IMG/VR virus record: IMGVR_UViG_3300048804_000006
Location: 1-63,741 of that record
Length of the DNA: 63,741 nt
Strand: one strand, 5' to 3'
Origin: a virus
Lineage: Duplodnaviria > Caudoviricetes
The notes below the pieces were generated by a model that saw nothing but the letters and a program-made list of their open reading frames with translations, had not been told where the DNA came from and did no database searches. The position numbers and the translations under genes are program-made. Numbering within the stretch: position 1 is the stretch's first letter; each line of letters starts with the position of its first letter. This document shows positions 8,859 through 19,800 of this stretch, piece after piece.

Positions 8859-9995
8859 TCACTTTCCTCGAATTTTATAGATCGTTTCCGAAATATTATT
8901 GCTCTTGCAAATTGTCCTCATCTCGCATGGATGCCCGTACATGTTTCCGCATCTGGTGAAATCCTTATAGAATATCCCCGACCAGCGTGCGGATTGTATA
9001 TCAATCACTACTTGCTTGTAACGCTCCATAGCCGCATCAAGTCGGAATTCACCCTTGTGAAATTTGACTCCGTACATCCGTTTTTGATTATTCCACCCTA
9101 TGAACGTGCGCGAGGGAGTAGACAATATGTTATCGTACACCCTCTGCATTAACTCCTCCGGCGACTCCTCTTTCTTCTTGAGTTCCTTTTGCAAGGGGAA
9201 TTGGATGACCTCCATAATTACATATTCCAGATTCGGATCAGCCAAGAAATATGTGCTGCACTGTGAATCGACAAAAAATGGGTCGAGATAATAAGAGGGA
9301 GAGCTACTCAGCTTGTCCTCGCAAAAATGGTCAGGGTACTTGCGGTCGTAGAATCCGTTGACTTTAAGCGGAAACGTCCAGCTCCGGTCATCCTGAGCCT
9401 GGTCCTCGCGGACGGCCCACAAGTTTACTGCCTCCTTACCAATAGATATGCTGGGGATAAAGCTCGTCGGCGGGAGGGTAATGTTATAATTCAGATTCAC
9501 CTCGGCTTGCAACTCGTAACCCGGCTCGACTACGATTTCCAATTCCTTGTAGGCTTTGAATAACGCTCGCACCTTGGCAACCGTCCGGGCATCGATCTCG
9601 TAATGGTTGATGACATCCCACGGAGAGTTAAATGTTACCCCGTCCCGGTCGTGGATTGATTTCGCTCCGAGGTGGAATTGTTTCGTGCAATCCCACAGTT
9701 TCCCGGCCTTGAGGGGAGTCGATAAATGATTGGGCCGGACCTCAACACCGATGATCTTCTTGAGCATGTAGAGGTAATGGCAGGTTAAGAAATCGGATAC
9801 GCTGGAATGGGATAGTGGGATTGCACGGGTGATGTCTGCTACGCAACGGTAAGTATCGGAACGTTTGCAAAACCCGCACTCACCGGGAATTTGCTCCATC
9901 GCATCGTTCTCGGCGTATTGGTAGAAATCACACTCGCGATTGTCGAAGGATGGACGAAATTGGGAGCATTTGGAAGAATCTAAAGTATTACGCAC
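8859..9995 (-). CDS. PD-(D/E)XK exonuclease with Cys cluster (AddB/Cas4-like)
   Basis: LSHSS..F.TC, GFYD..EDK, Q..TY, C-terminal C..YG.PC....IC. Confidence 0.8.
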   Translation of the reverse strand: MRNTLDSSKCSQFRPSFDNRECDFYQYAENDAMEQIPGECGFCKRSDTYRCVADITRAIPLSHSSVSDFLTCHYLYMLKKIIGVEVRPNHLSTPLKAGKLWDCTKQFHLGAKSIHDRDGVTFNSPWDVINHYEIDARTVAKVRALFKAYKELEIVVEPGYELQAEVNLNYNITLPPTSFIPSISIGKEAVNLWAVREDQAQDDRSWTFPLKVNGFYDRKYPDHFCEDKLSSSPSYYLDPFFVDSQCSTYFLADPNLEYVIMEVIQFPLQKELKKKEESPEELMQRVYDNILSTPSRTFIGWNNQKRMYGVKFHKGEFRLDAAMERYKQVVIDIQSARWSGIFYKDFTRCGNMYGHPCEMRTICKSNNISETIYKIRGK

Positions 9996-10068
9996 AGTTA
10001 TGATTCCTTTCGTCGGTTCTATGGTTACATTTTAAATCTCATGTCCGTGTTATTCTCTGTTGGTGGGC

Positions 10069-10097
10069 ATCCTAAACGAGAATTAATGTATTGTCAA
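10069..10097 (-). promoter_or_regulatory. Sigma70-type promoter of the recombination operon
   Basis: TTGACA-17 bp-TAGGAT; degenerate operator in the same register as at 47213 and 52372. Confidence 0.6.
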
Positions 10098-10146
10098 GTA
10101 TTATTTTATATTATTTTTAATCAACGATCCATCTACTTGATTTGAT

Positions 10147-10491
10147 TTAACCTTCCAGTGCCTTCACTATCTCACCCACCGGGTAGCCGGTCTGCCGACT
10201 GATCGACGGCGCGAAATCGTCTAAAATATAACCGTGCTTGCTATTGCTCCAAGGAGGATATTCCATCTGTTTTCGGTAACCTTCTAATTCAGTTTTCAGG
10301 ACATAACTCTTGCTAAGCAAAAGCAAGAATGGCCGCAACGGATTACGCCAGAACTGGGCGACATGGACCTTCTCGTGCTCAAGCTGGCCAACATCCCCTT
10401 CGCATGAAGGTCTCATATGAATCCACCAGCAGCGAGTCTCGGCCTCAACCTCACCGGGAATGTTCTCAGTATATTTGAGAGTGTAGATCAT
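10147..10491 (-). CDS. HEXXH metallopeptidase-like protein
   Basis: LEHEKVHVAQFW...ELEGY. Confidence 0.65.
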   Translation of the reverse strand: MIYTLKYTENIPGEVEAETRCWWIHMRPSCEGDVGQLEHEKVHVAQFWRNPLRPFLLLLSKSYVLKTELEGYRKQMEYPPWSNSKHGYILDDFAPSISRQTGYPVGEIVKALEG

Positions 10492-10889
10492 AGCTTCCCC
10501 CTCACCGTCGCCGCTTCTGCATTCAAGGTAGCAAGGCTTTCTTCTTTGCCTTCCTTGTTAAGCCACTTCGGCGCGTCGGTCTTCGCAGCGATGTACTCCC
10601 GGATCGAGCGGATGGATTTGATGTCAATCTCCCGGAGTTCGGCTTTTGTCTGCGATTCCTGCCTTGCTGTTTCCTCTGCTGCGAGGATGTTGGCTTTCTC
10701 CGGATCAACGACCAGCTTCCCGTCAACCACGGAGAGAAATCTCCCGTTGGCTTCAATAGCAGGGAGCATTAACTGAACAAGCAAAAAATCCTCGTAATCC
10801 GGGGCGTCTTTAGCGACAACCCTCTCGCCGCCTTCAAAATATTCAATCACCTGATAATCCGTTTCTGTGCTGTATCGCTTGGCATACAT
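10488..10889 (-). CDS. Putative tail fibre assembly chaperone
   Basis: Follows the fibre genes; AELREIDIKSIRSIRE pattern. Confidence 0.55.
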   Translation of the reverse strand: MYAKRYSTETDYQVIEYFEGGERVVAKDAPDYEDFLLVQLMLPAIEANGRFLSVVDGKLVVDPEKANILAAEETARQESQTKAELREIDIKSIRSIREYIAAKTDAPKWLNKEGKEESLATLNAEAATVRGKL

Positions 10890-10901
10890 AAAACCTCCTT
10901 C

Positions 10902-11501
10902 TTAAAAGATCATGATTTGGGGTGCTGATGGCAGCGTGTAGGTTATAGTTAATTTAGGACGGTTCCCTGTTGTTGCATGGGCAGACCCGGCAAACTGGAC
11001 GTAATAATCTACCGTTTCCACATTGCCAATACCTCTAAGATACAGTATTTTTGACGTATTTGCTTGAGCATACTGCACAAGGGCCGTTATGGTAATATTA
11101 AGCCAGTTATTTATCGCAGGGATGGCACCGCTGGTAACCGCATCGGTAGCGGTAATATCATTTGTGGTGTTTGCAGCTCCAGCGGTTGACCATGCCGAGG
11201 CACTCTTATAGCTATTCCACGTAACTTCAGACATGACCATATCAGCACGAACTACACGATTAATAATAACACTTGTAGGGGCTGGGACACTTTTTTCTAA
11301 TACATAGAGACTTAGTACCGCAGAAGTAATAACCGCCCCGGCAGGAAGAGCACTGAAATCAAATAACCCAACTGGTCGTTCCGTTCCGCCGCCAGTAGTA
11401 TTGCCCACATCACAAGCGGTGGAGGTATTATAGTTGGTATCTGCTGCCGCTGACCGCAAACGACTCATATTTGTTGCGGTTTGGATTGTTAAGACTGCCA
11501 T
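10902..11501 (-). CDS. Virion protein with DNRLRE/CBM96-like domain
   Basis: FDFSALPAGAVITSAVLSLY, VTWN..W..AG, RPKLTITY. Confidence 0.75.
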   Translation of the reverse strand: MAVLTIQTATNMSRLRSAAADTNYNTSTACDVGNTTGGGTERPVGLFDFSALPAGAVITSAVLSLYVLEKSVPAPTSVIINRVVRADMVMSEVTWNSYKSASAWSTAGAANTTNDITATDAVTSGAIPAINNWLNITITALVQYAQANTSKILYLRGIGNVETVDYYVQFAGSAHATTGNRPKLTITYTLPSAPQIMIF

Positions 11502-11514
11502 ATTTTTCTCCCTT

Positions 11515-12600
11515 TTAAGGTGTCACAAAAATCATAATAACTGTCAGATCCGAAGCATCCCCCGTTGAACCCTTGACACTTGTAACCTCAAGCAATTCAC
11601 CGGGATTGATGTCATACGCCGCCACAGCGATATTTACCGCAGTCGGATACCAAGTCGTGTTTGCTGCGATCAATTCACCACCCGCGGTCGTGTTGACCTC
11701 GGCTGCGTTGATTCTCACACTGGCCTGCCCATGCGTTGCGCCTGAATCATGGACATTTGAATAGACGCTGAAATGGACAAGGTATGACAGCGGCAAAGTC
11801 CAGACCAGGTTTGACTTAAGATCGCTGGTAATCAGGGCCGTGTTGCTTGCGTCCTCATAAGTTCCGGGGATAATCACCACCACCTGCCGGACTGTCCCGC
11901 CACCGTAATACAAGGCCGTCACGTCACCACCAAGGGGCGCGCCGCGAACGGTTAGAAGATCCGAGGCAATCGCGGAGACTTGCCCGAAATAAGTCGTTCC
12001 ACCGATGACGTATTGCAGTCCCATTCCAACCTTAATCGGGGCCGTCAGATCCGTGGTCATGGTCAACGTGGAGGTCGAGGCAGGAGTGGCTGTGAAGGTG
12101 CCGGTGGTTTTAGTCCAATGGTCGGCGCGGTGAGCCGTTATCTGCTTGCCGTTCAGGTCCAGGTCCCCGCCGAGCTGGGGGGTGGTGTCTTCGACGAGGT
12201 TGGACATCATACCACCGCCTGGAGCTGATTGCGAGATTGTCCATGCTGTTTTTGTTCCGCTACCAATAATATTTACAACATTCATCACGAGAGTTGTCCC
12301 GCCGTAACTCGTAATGGTTCCGTACATTGCATTCGTTGACGGTGCGGCAGTATCGGCAATGACCAGCCACATTCCCGGCTGAAAACTCTTCCCGGCCGTC
12401 ACGGTGAAGGTTTTCGCTCCGGTCCCGATTGCGTTGCTGCTGGTGCTGGTATCGGTGGTAGCATTCAACGTTAGAGCCGCCGCTTGAGCATTGGCCTCGG
12501 AGACAAACACTGGAAGGGCAGCTAAAAAAGCATCTCCTTCATCAGAGAATGTACTTGGTCGCGATCTGCTCGGCGGGGTGGGTAAGGGTGTGATAGCCAT
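11515..12600 (-). CDS. Tail fibre / tail tip protein
   Basis: MAITPLPTPPSR..F..DAFLAAL N-terminus; DTTPQLGGDLDLNG; Thr/Gly-rich. Confidence 0.75.
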   Translation of the reverse strand: MAITPLPTPPSRSRPSTFSDEGDAFLAALPVFVSEANAQAAALTLNATTDTSTSSNAIGTGAKTFTVTAGKSFQPGMWLVIADTAAPSTNAMYGTITSYGGTTLVMNVVNIIGSGTKTAWTISQSAPGGGMMSNLVEDTTPQLGGDLDLNGKQITAHRADHWTKTTGTFTATPASTSTLTMTTDLTAPIKVGMGLQYVIGGTTYFGQVSAIASDLLTVRGAPLGGDVTALYYGGGTVRQVVVIIPGTYEDASNTALITSDLKSNLVWTLPLSYLVHFSVYSNVHDSGATHGQASVRINAAEVNTTAGGELIAANTTWYPTAVNIAVAAYDINPGELLEVTSVKGSTGDASDLTVIMIFVTP

Positions 12601-12611
12601 GATATTTCCTC

Positions 12612-13820
12612 CTATGTTAAGCCTTCGATTTGTATCGAAACTGTTGATCCTGTCGGATACGCCAATACAATATCAAAATCCTTAAAGAATCCGTAAACCA
12701 TTGTTAACCCAAAAGATTGCGATGCTATCCAAAGTAATGGTATTGCCCGATATTGAATCAACAATCTCAGTAATTCGTCTATATTTGTATTTGGAACCCA
12801 CAAGTCAACTGTCATCCGTTTTGAGAATGCTCGTTCCAGCACTGTGTAATTTCCAAACGGATCGGTTGTCTTGGTGCTATAATCAACAAGTCCAACAGAT
12901 ATCCCGAATTTTGATACCCCAATATATGCCTGCGTTCCCGGAATTATACAACCTACCGCTGCAACTCCATTCGGTCGCACAATAGTTATTTCAACTGTCT
13001 GATTCAAGTAAGGTGGAATATCAAGATGCGTGAAGTCTGGCCGGTTGGCGATCTCGGTGAAGAAGTATGTGTAAAGGTCGGTTACTACCGAGGTAAACAT
13101 CGTAGACCCAGTAGACAACAAATCCGTCATTTCATCATAGACAACTGTCGATCCGTCAATCATCGTGACAAATACAGCAGTCGCATTGAGATTCAAGAAA
13201 GCAATTGCATTAAACACGGAGGCGAGAGTTAGTTTGTAATAGATTCCTCTTGAGCCAACCACAGCATTTCCAGCAGCACTTGCAACTACCGCCTCATGGT
13301 TTATCATATGGCCGGTTAAAATCATGCCTGCACCATCTACACTTGATATTAAGAATGGATGGTTGTTATTTGCAGATGCCGCGACCCATCCATCCCAGAC
13401 AATCACATCGCCAGCAACAAATCCATCAGTTGTAAAGCTACCAGATGAACGAGTAAATGTACCCGCTCCGCTTGCCCCGGTTGAGGCTGCGGTGACAGTA
13501 ATTATTTGCCCTGTCCCGATATATGCCAATTGAATTTGCGATCCGACAACTATATCAAACGCCTTCCATCGGTTCGTGGAAGATAATTCAAGCCACTTTG
13601 GAACGGCAGCCAGAACATCGATTTCAGGAGAATTCCCACCAGTAAGATTTGCGACAAGAAGTTCATAAACCTTATGAATGCCAGTCGTAACAACCCGCAC
13701 AGTTTGGCCTATAGTGTACGGAGTGCCTACTGCCCATGCTCCCGCTGTGCCATCTGTTTCAATGACATTGGTTGCGGTAAGCATCGCATCTGTAACAGAA
13801 ATTGGACGGATGATATCCAT
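12612..13820 (-). CDS. Distal tail / tail tip protein
   Basis: First gene after the TMP; AWAVGTPYTIG (CBM5/12-like) and a beta-rich insertion. Confidence 0.7.
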   Translation of the reverse strand: MDIIRPISVTDAMLTATNVIETDGTAGAWAVGTPYTIGQTVRVVTTGIHKVYELLVANLTGGNSPEIDVLAAVPKWLELSSTNRWKAFDIVVGSQIQLAYIGTGQIITVTAASTGASGAGTFTRSSGSFTTDGFVAGDVIVWDGWVAASANNNHPFLISSVDGAGMILTGHMINHEAVVASAAGNAVVGSRGIYYKLTLASVFNAIAFLNLNATAVFVTMIDGSTVVYDEMTDLLSTGSTMFTSVVTDLYTYFFTEIANRPDFTHLDIPPYLNQTVEITIVRPNGVAAVGCIIPGTQAYIGVSKFGISVGLVDYSTKTTDPFGNYTVLERAFSKRMTVDLWVPNTNIDELLRLLIQYRAIPLLWIASQSFGLTMVYGFFKDFDIVLAYPTGSTVSIQIEGLT

Positions 13821-16800
13821 TATACAAGTACCCTCTCAGCAGGTTGACCGTCCACATCCCACCGGTCAAGTATTTTAGCCGTTTTAAGCGTGTTTTTAGC
13901 ATTAGCGACATTCCCTGCTTTTATTTCTTCTCTTAATGCTCGGAGTTCTTCAATTAGGATTACATTGTTGCCAGTAGACTGAACCCCTAATTTACCACCA
14001 ATTCTGATGAGTGGCATGACAGCTTCCGGTCCAGCCTCTCCCATCAATCCTGTGCCATTTGCCATCGGGAACATTGTTGGACGATTATAAATTCCACCAT
14101 TGCTGAATGGGATGACATTTCCACCTGAGAAAGCATAACCCATTGCGGCAGTAAGGTTAGGTGGACCGACAGTACCAAAAAAGTCATTCCAAGGTCCATA
14201 TTTTCCATAACCACTCCAATCATCTATTGGAGGAATAATGGCAGGCGGTTCAAGAGGAGGTGGTAATATCGGAGCAATCGGAGGAATCGCAACAATCGGT
14301 GATACATAATTAATGATGGAATTCATCGCAATATTGACTGCGCTAATGAAAGAACCTATTGCCGACTGCAATGTCACAAACGCGCCTGGCAAGGTCACAA
14401 GAGCACTGGTGGGGGTATTGAGTGAATCTAAATATCCAATCAATCCACCCACGCCTGCTGTTACAGGGGACCAATTGATAGAACCAATATAATCTCCCCA
14501 CGTTACGCCTGGTACAAAAGCATCCCACGAAATTCCCGATATATAAGTTGTCCAATCCATTCCTGGTACAAAAGCATCCCACCCCATTGTTTCTACAAAA
14601 TCTGTCCATGCAACAGAATTTATAAATGATGGCCATGAAAGAGATTCCATGAAATCATTCCACGAAAGGGAAGTCATAAAGTCTTTCCAAGCCAACGTAG
14701 TCATAAATTTGTCCCAGGCAAGAGAACCGACAAATGAATCCCACGATACTGAATTAATAAATGTTGACCATGACAACGAACCAACAAAATCGTTCCACCC
14801 AAATGAACCAACAAAATCATTCCAAGCAAGAGAACCGACAAATGAATCCCACGCCATCGAGCCAACAAACACATCCCATGAAAGAGAATTGACAAAATTG
14901 GACCAATCAACGGTCGATATAAACAGGTCCCACGCGACTGGATCAATTTGTTCTGACCAATCAAATAATGACAAACTGCTAACTACATCATCTAACGTTC
15001 CCATTAACCCATCAGGACCAAAAGTGTAGATTAAATCATCTGCTGTTCCAAGTAACCCATCAGGCCCAAAAGCTATATAAAGGTCGTCTGCGGTTCCTTG
15101 TAGTCCATCTGGTCCAAATGATAGAACGACCCTATCTGCTGCTCCTCCCATCTCAGCAACAGATGCCGCCACATCATCAGCAGTTCCCATCAATCCGTCA
15201 GGTCCAAACTTCATAATTACATCATCAATAGTACCAAGCAATCCATCTAGACCAAAAGATATATATAAATCGTCTGCTGTTCCCTTCAACCCATCCTTCC
15301 CGAAAGAAAGATAAAGATTATTTGCCGCTGCTGTTACATTTCCCAAACCATCTATTATTGGAGTGAAATCTGTTAATAGAAAATGTTGCCAACCAAGTGC
15401 ATTTTCTGCATTGGCTAGATTTCCCATCCACCCTTCAATCAAGACTAGGTTCGCGCTTACTCCCTTTTGGAGTTCCTGTTTTATCAGAGTAAGCGTACTC
15501 AACATTCCTTCAAAAAGATGTGCCTGATACTCGGCGTATCCCTGCATTGAATTGCTTACCTTTTCAGCTTCGGTCAATGCTAGAAGTATTTTCCCTTTCT
15601 CTCTGTTGAAATCTGCCAATGACTTACTTGTTGTCATACTCTCTGTAAGATATGATTGTGCCAACCCAGGAAGGGCAGCAAGCGCAGTCTTATCTCCGGT
15701 CATTGCCTTGGCGTAAGTGGCATTAAATCTCGTTTTTTCTGCATCTTGTGTCCCAATCCCTCTGATGGAAAGGATAGCATCATGTAATGATGCACTTATG
15801 CTTTTGTATTCATTGGCAAGAGAACGTGCCTCGGAAGCCGCTGAGGATATCGCAGATTCATATGCTCCCAAAGCATCGGTTGCTCCTGATATTGTCAAAT
15901 TAAGAGCATCTTCAAGGGCTGAAATAAATGTATCCATTGCCGGAGATAGTTTCATCAATGCCACATAGGTTTCTTGTCCACCCTTTGTGGTTATATCAAG
16001 AGCTTCAACTATCTGTCGGAACTGTTCTCGCGTTTGAGGGAGAGCATCATAACCTAACTCCTTCATTGCATCGGTTAAAGTGCCTTGTAATTTTACTTGC
16101 TTCTCCGCATCGGTGAAGAACTTGTCGTAGTAAGTTGAAGCCGCTTCTGTGAGTTTGTCCAAACCACCCGCTATTTCTATCAGGGATTCGCTCAGAGCTA
16201 CTGCTTCCATTGCCGTGCCTGAGAATGCCTTGTTAGTCATATCGAGGGCGCTGAGGACGGATTCCTTATCAACGACAAGTCGGATAGCCGTTTGAAGGAG
16301 ACCCTCGCCGACCTGCTGGTATTGGGAAATTAGGGTACCGAAAAGAGTCTTGACAGCCTCATCGCCAGCCTTGGATATAAATTCCGATACGGCCTTTTGA
16401 ATTCCTTCAGCATCAAGTCCCTGAAGATTTAATTTCGCATCTGCAAAGATATAATTTAGTGCTGCATTTGTGTCCGTCCCGAACCCCTTTGCAAGTTCTC
16501 CAAAAGTCTTTGTAAGGTTTGTATAAATACCTTCTGGCCCACTAAAAAGACGTGTTAATTCTTCATCTATCGCTCCCAAAACCGTACTATGTTCATCATG
16601 GCCTGCCCCGCCAAAAACACTCCATGAGGTTTCTTTTATAATATCGGTATATGATTGTACTGCCTTTCCTCCATTGGTAATTGATAATCCAGAAGCTGTG
16701 GAAGAAACTGTCGTACTGCCAAATAATTTCTGATCGATCCAAGCAAAAATCTTATCTGCAAATAGAGATCCCTTGGCGGCAATAGAACTCAGGATAGGAG

Positions 16801-19800
16801 ATAACTGGTTATAATCTGTGCTTGCCCCAACACCTGAAAACGATCCGTATCCGCGTACAATTCCGCCTACCAACCCTGTGATATTCGCATTCAAATCCTT
16901 CATCTGATTGTAGATCCCGGTGAGTTTTGTGTTTTCCATCGAGTAGGTGTCTTGCAACAGTTCCCAGGATTTGGTAATGGATTCACTACCCTGATTGTTC
17001 GCGCCGCCGAGGACTGTGGTATTGGAACCGTATGCTGCCGATGGAGCCGATACGGACCCACCGCCACCCAATGACATCCCTGTTGATGCCAACAACCCAC
17101 CCATTGCCGCCACCATTGCCGCGATACGAGCAAAGGCCGTGTAGGGGTCACCAAGACCTTGATTCGCAATGGCGGCAACAGCGTTAGCGACTGCCACTGC
17201 CTGTTGCAAAACAATCATTGCCTTAGCTGCATCCTGCATTCGGTTATATTCAGCAGAATTCTTATCATACATAGAACCGATAGCAGTAAAGGCATAGGAC
17301 ATGTCCCCAAGAGCCTTGGAAACTTGCTCGGACTTATCCGTAAACATTTTTTGGTCTAATGCGCCAATCTGTTGCTTTGCTTTCGCATTAGCTATTTCTT
17401 CGTTATAGAGTGTTTTATTTAATTTGCGTTCCGCCTCGATTTGATTCAGTTTTTTCTTGTAATATGTATCGGAATATCCAGTAATCTGAGAATAGAAATC
17501 AGCGATACGGGCTGCGTCCTTTGCCAATTCTTCGGCTATTTGCTGGCCGGTAATTCCTTCAATTTTTGCCTTGTCGAGTTCTGCCTGCGCGGGGGAAATC
17601 TTCCCGGCCAACACTTGCAAATCTATGAGTTCCTTTTCTGCCTTAGCCTTCGCAGCAATACGATTCATTGCCCGTTGGTGATCGGATAAGGCTAAATCTT
17701 CATTGGCTGACATCATCTTTTGGTATTGCTCAAACGAATGTTGCTCAGCCTTATCTTTTGCTTCTATCCTCGTTACCGATGCTGTTGTCAATTTCATCCC
17801 AAGAGCAATCTCTTTTTCCATTGCGGAGGTTGCGTCGGTTGTAGACTTTTTAGTGATTTGAGCAGCAACCTCAGCATCGTCATTTTGAAACTTAATCCAT
17901 GATTTGTTATAGTCCCTCCATAGTTTTTCAAGTTCTGCTTTTCTTTTGGATTCACCGTCAACGTATTTATTTATCGATCCTACCTGAGCGTTGTACCATT
18001 CATTTAATGCGATCTTCTTTTGGTCTATGACCTCTTTCGTTGCCTCAAGATCACCCTCGCCGCTCAGTTTCTGCATCCTCAGCCAGTGGTCGGATTTGGC
18101 AATGGCATCGTCATAGTATTCTTTATTTAAAGCGGTTGCCTCAGTTAAAGCATTGCGACGGATCGTGGATTCCTTTTCAGTATCGGGCTTCGTGGGGTTC
18201 GTTTGATATTTAACTTTCTCATCATTGATTGCTTTGTAATAATAAAGTATCTGGCCCATCTCGGTTGTGACGGACACTGCCCCTTTGGTGCCTGCATCTG
18301 TTGATTTGAACCCCTGCCCACGCATTGCCAAATCCTGCAATGCTTTATCGGAGGCCAACATCCTCTTGCCATAATCAAGATAGGACTCAGCCGCAGCTTC
18401 AAACTTCTTCTTGCTACTCTCAATCCCCAATGCCGCACCCGGACCAGCCAAAAACATCTGCGCCCCGGCCATCCCCTTACCTGCTACATCGAGAGCGATT
18501 CCCAACCGATACATCTCAGCAATGATAGTTGTAATTCCAGTTTTGATTGTTTCAATCCCTTCCAAGAAGGCCGGATTCCAAATAATCGTCTTGGTAGCTT
18601 CATCAAGAGTTACAATCTGTTTTGTCCATTCTATCATTTGATATTTAAGGGATTCAAATAGTGGATCGAAAGCCTTACCGAAAAATTGGCCGATGATATC
18701 TTTCATATTGCTTGTTAAGCCAGCCCATGTGTTCTGAGCCTCGATCCCGGCAATTTTGTAAGCATCGAGTTTCGCCATCAGGAAATCAAATAATCCCTGA
18801 GCATTACTTTTGTACATAGCGATGTCTTCATTTCTTAATCCCAACACTGTAGCGATTCGGCTGTTACGAGGGTTGATTGATCCCGTGAGTAAGGATCGCG
18901 TTTCCTCCCCCATCTGATCCATAGGCAACCCAATCGCACCCGCTGCCTGTACCATCGCAAGCGTGAAATCCTTTACCTGCTTGACATTAAATCCTCTCGC
19001 CAAGGCAACAGGAAGTGTTTGTTGGTACGCAACAATTAACTGGTCGAGGGTAGCAATAGTCTGTAAATTAGCGTATTGCAATTCCTGAATCAAATCTTTC
19101 GACATTATCTGTGCTTTCGCAAGGGCCGCCGACCCCTCTAAGACTTTGCCGGTTGTTTGGTCGATAAACTTTCCGCCTGTCATAAACGATGCAGCGATTC
19201 CGAGAGTGGCGGTTTCAATGGTTGAGAGGTATGTAATCGCCATTTTAATCGGAGTAATGACTGCTTGTAAAACTTGAGAAAGAATGTAATAGGCTGCATA
19301 GAATCTTAGGACAGCGCGAGTCATAGATGCCATCGACATCTCATGCTTTCCAACCATCTCATCGCTAAGAGCTTTTAATTGAGCATTCTTTGCTGCCTCC
19401 AAGCGAACCAACTCAGTTGAATTTCCCACAGCCTGCGACTTCAACTGGCTATAGGAATTCATTATGTGCTGTTTCTGGGATTCTATTGCTTGATCGGATC
19501 GAGTTCCAAGGGTTCTCCACATCTGCTCTTGAGAATCCTGGTAATTTTTGTCCACTTGCATTTTCTGAGCGGTAAGTGTCCGTATCCCCGAATATTGTTT
19601 AGCGTTGAGAGCCTCGATCTTCTTGTGCAGCATCGCCTCAGCATTGGCACGTTCATTCGCGGATACGGTAGCGTCTTCGGTAATTGTCCTGTAGAATTTA
19701 GTGATTGCAGTTTTCTGGTCCTGATAGCTCTGGTCAGTGCGGACTCCGAGTTCTTTAAATGCCTTCTCGATTTTAATAGTAGCGGTATTCGCAGCCTCAA

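Noticed and set aside
3955-9995. Cas4 genes indicating a CRISPR system
   Set aside because: The context is a Sak4/SSB recombination module with no cas1, cas2 or array
10147-13820. Diversity-generating retroelement acting on tail fibres
   Set aside because: No reverse transcriptase ORF and no template/variable repeat pair noticed
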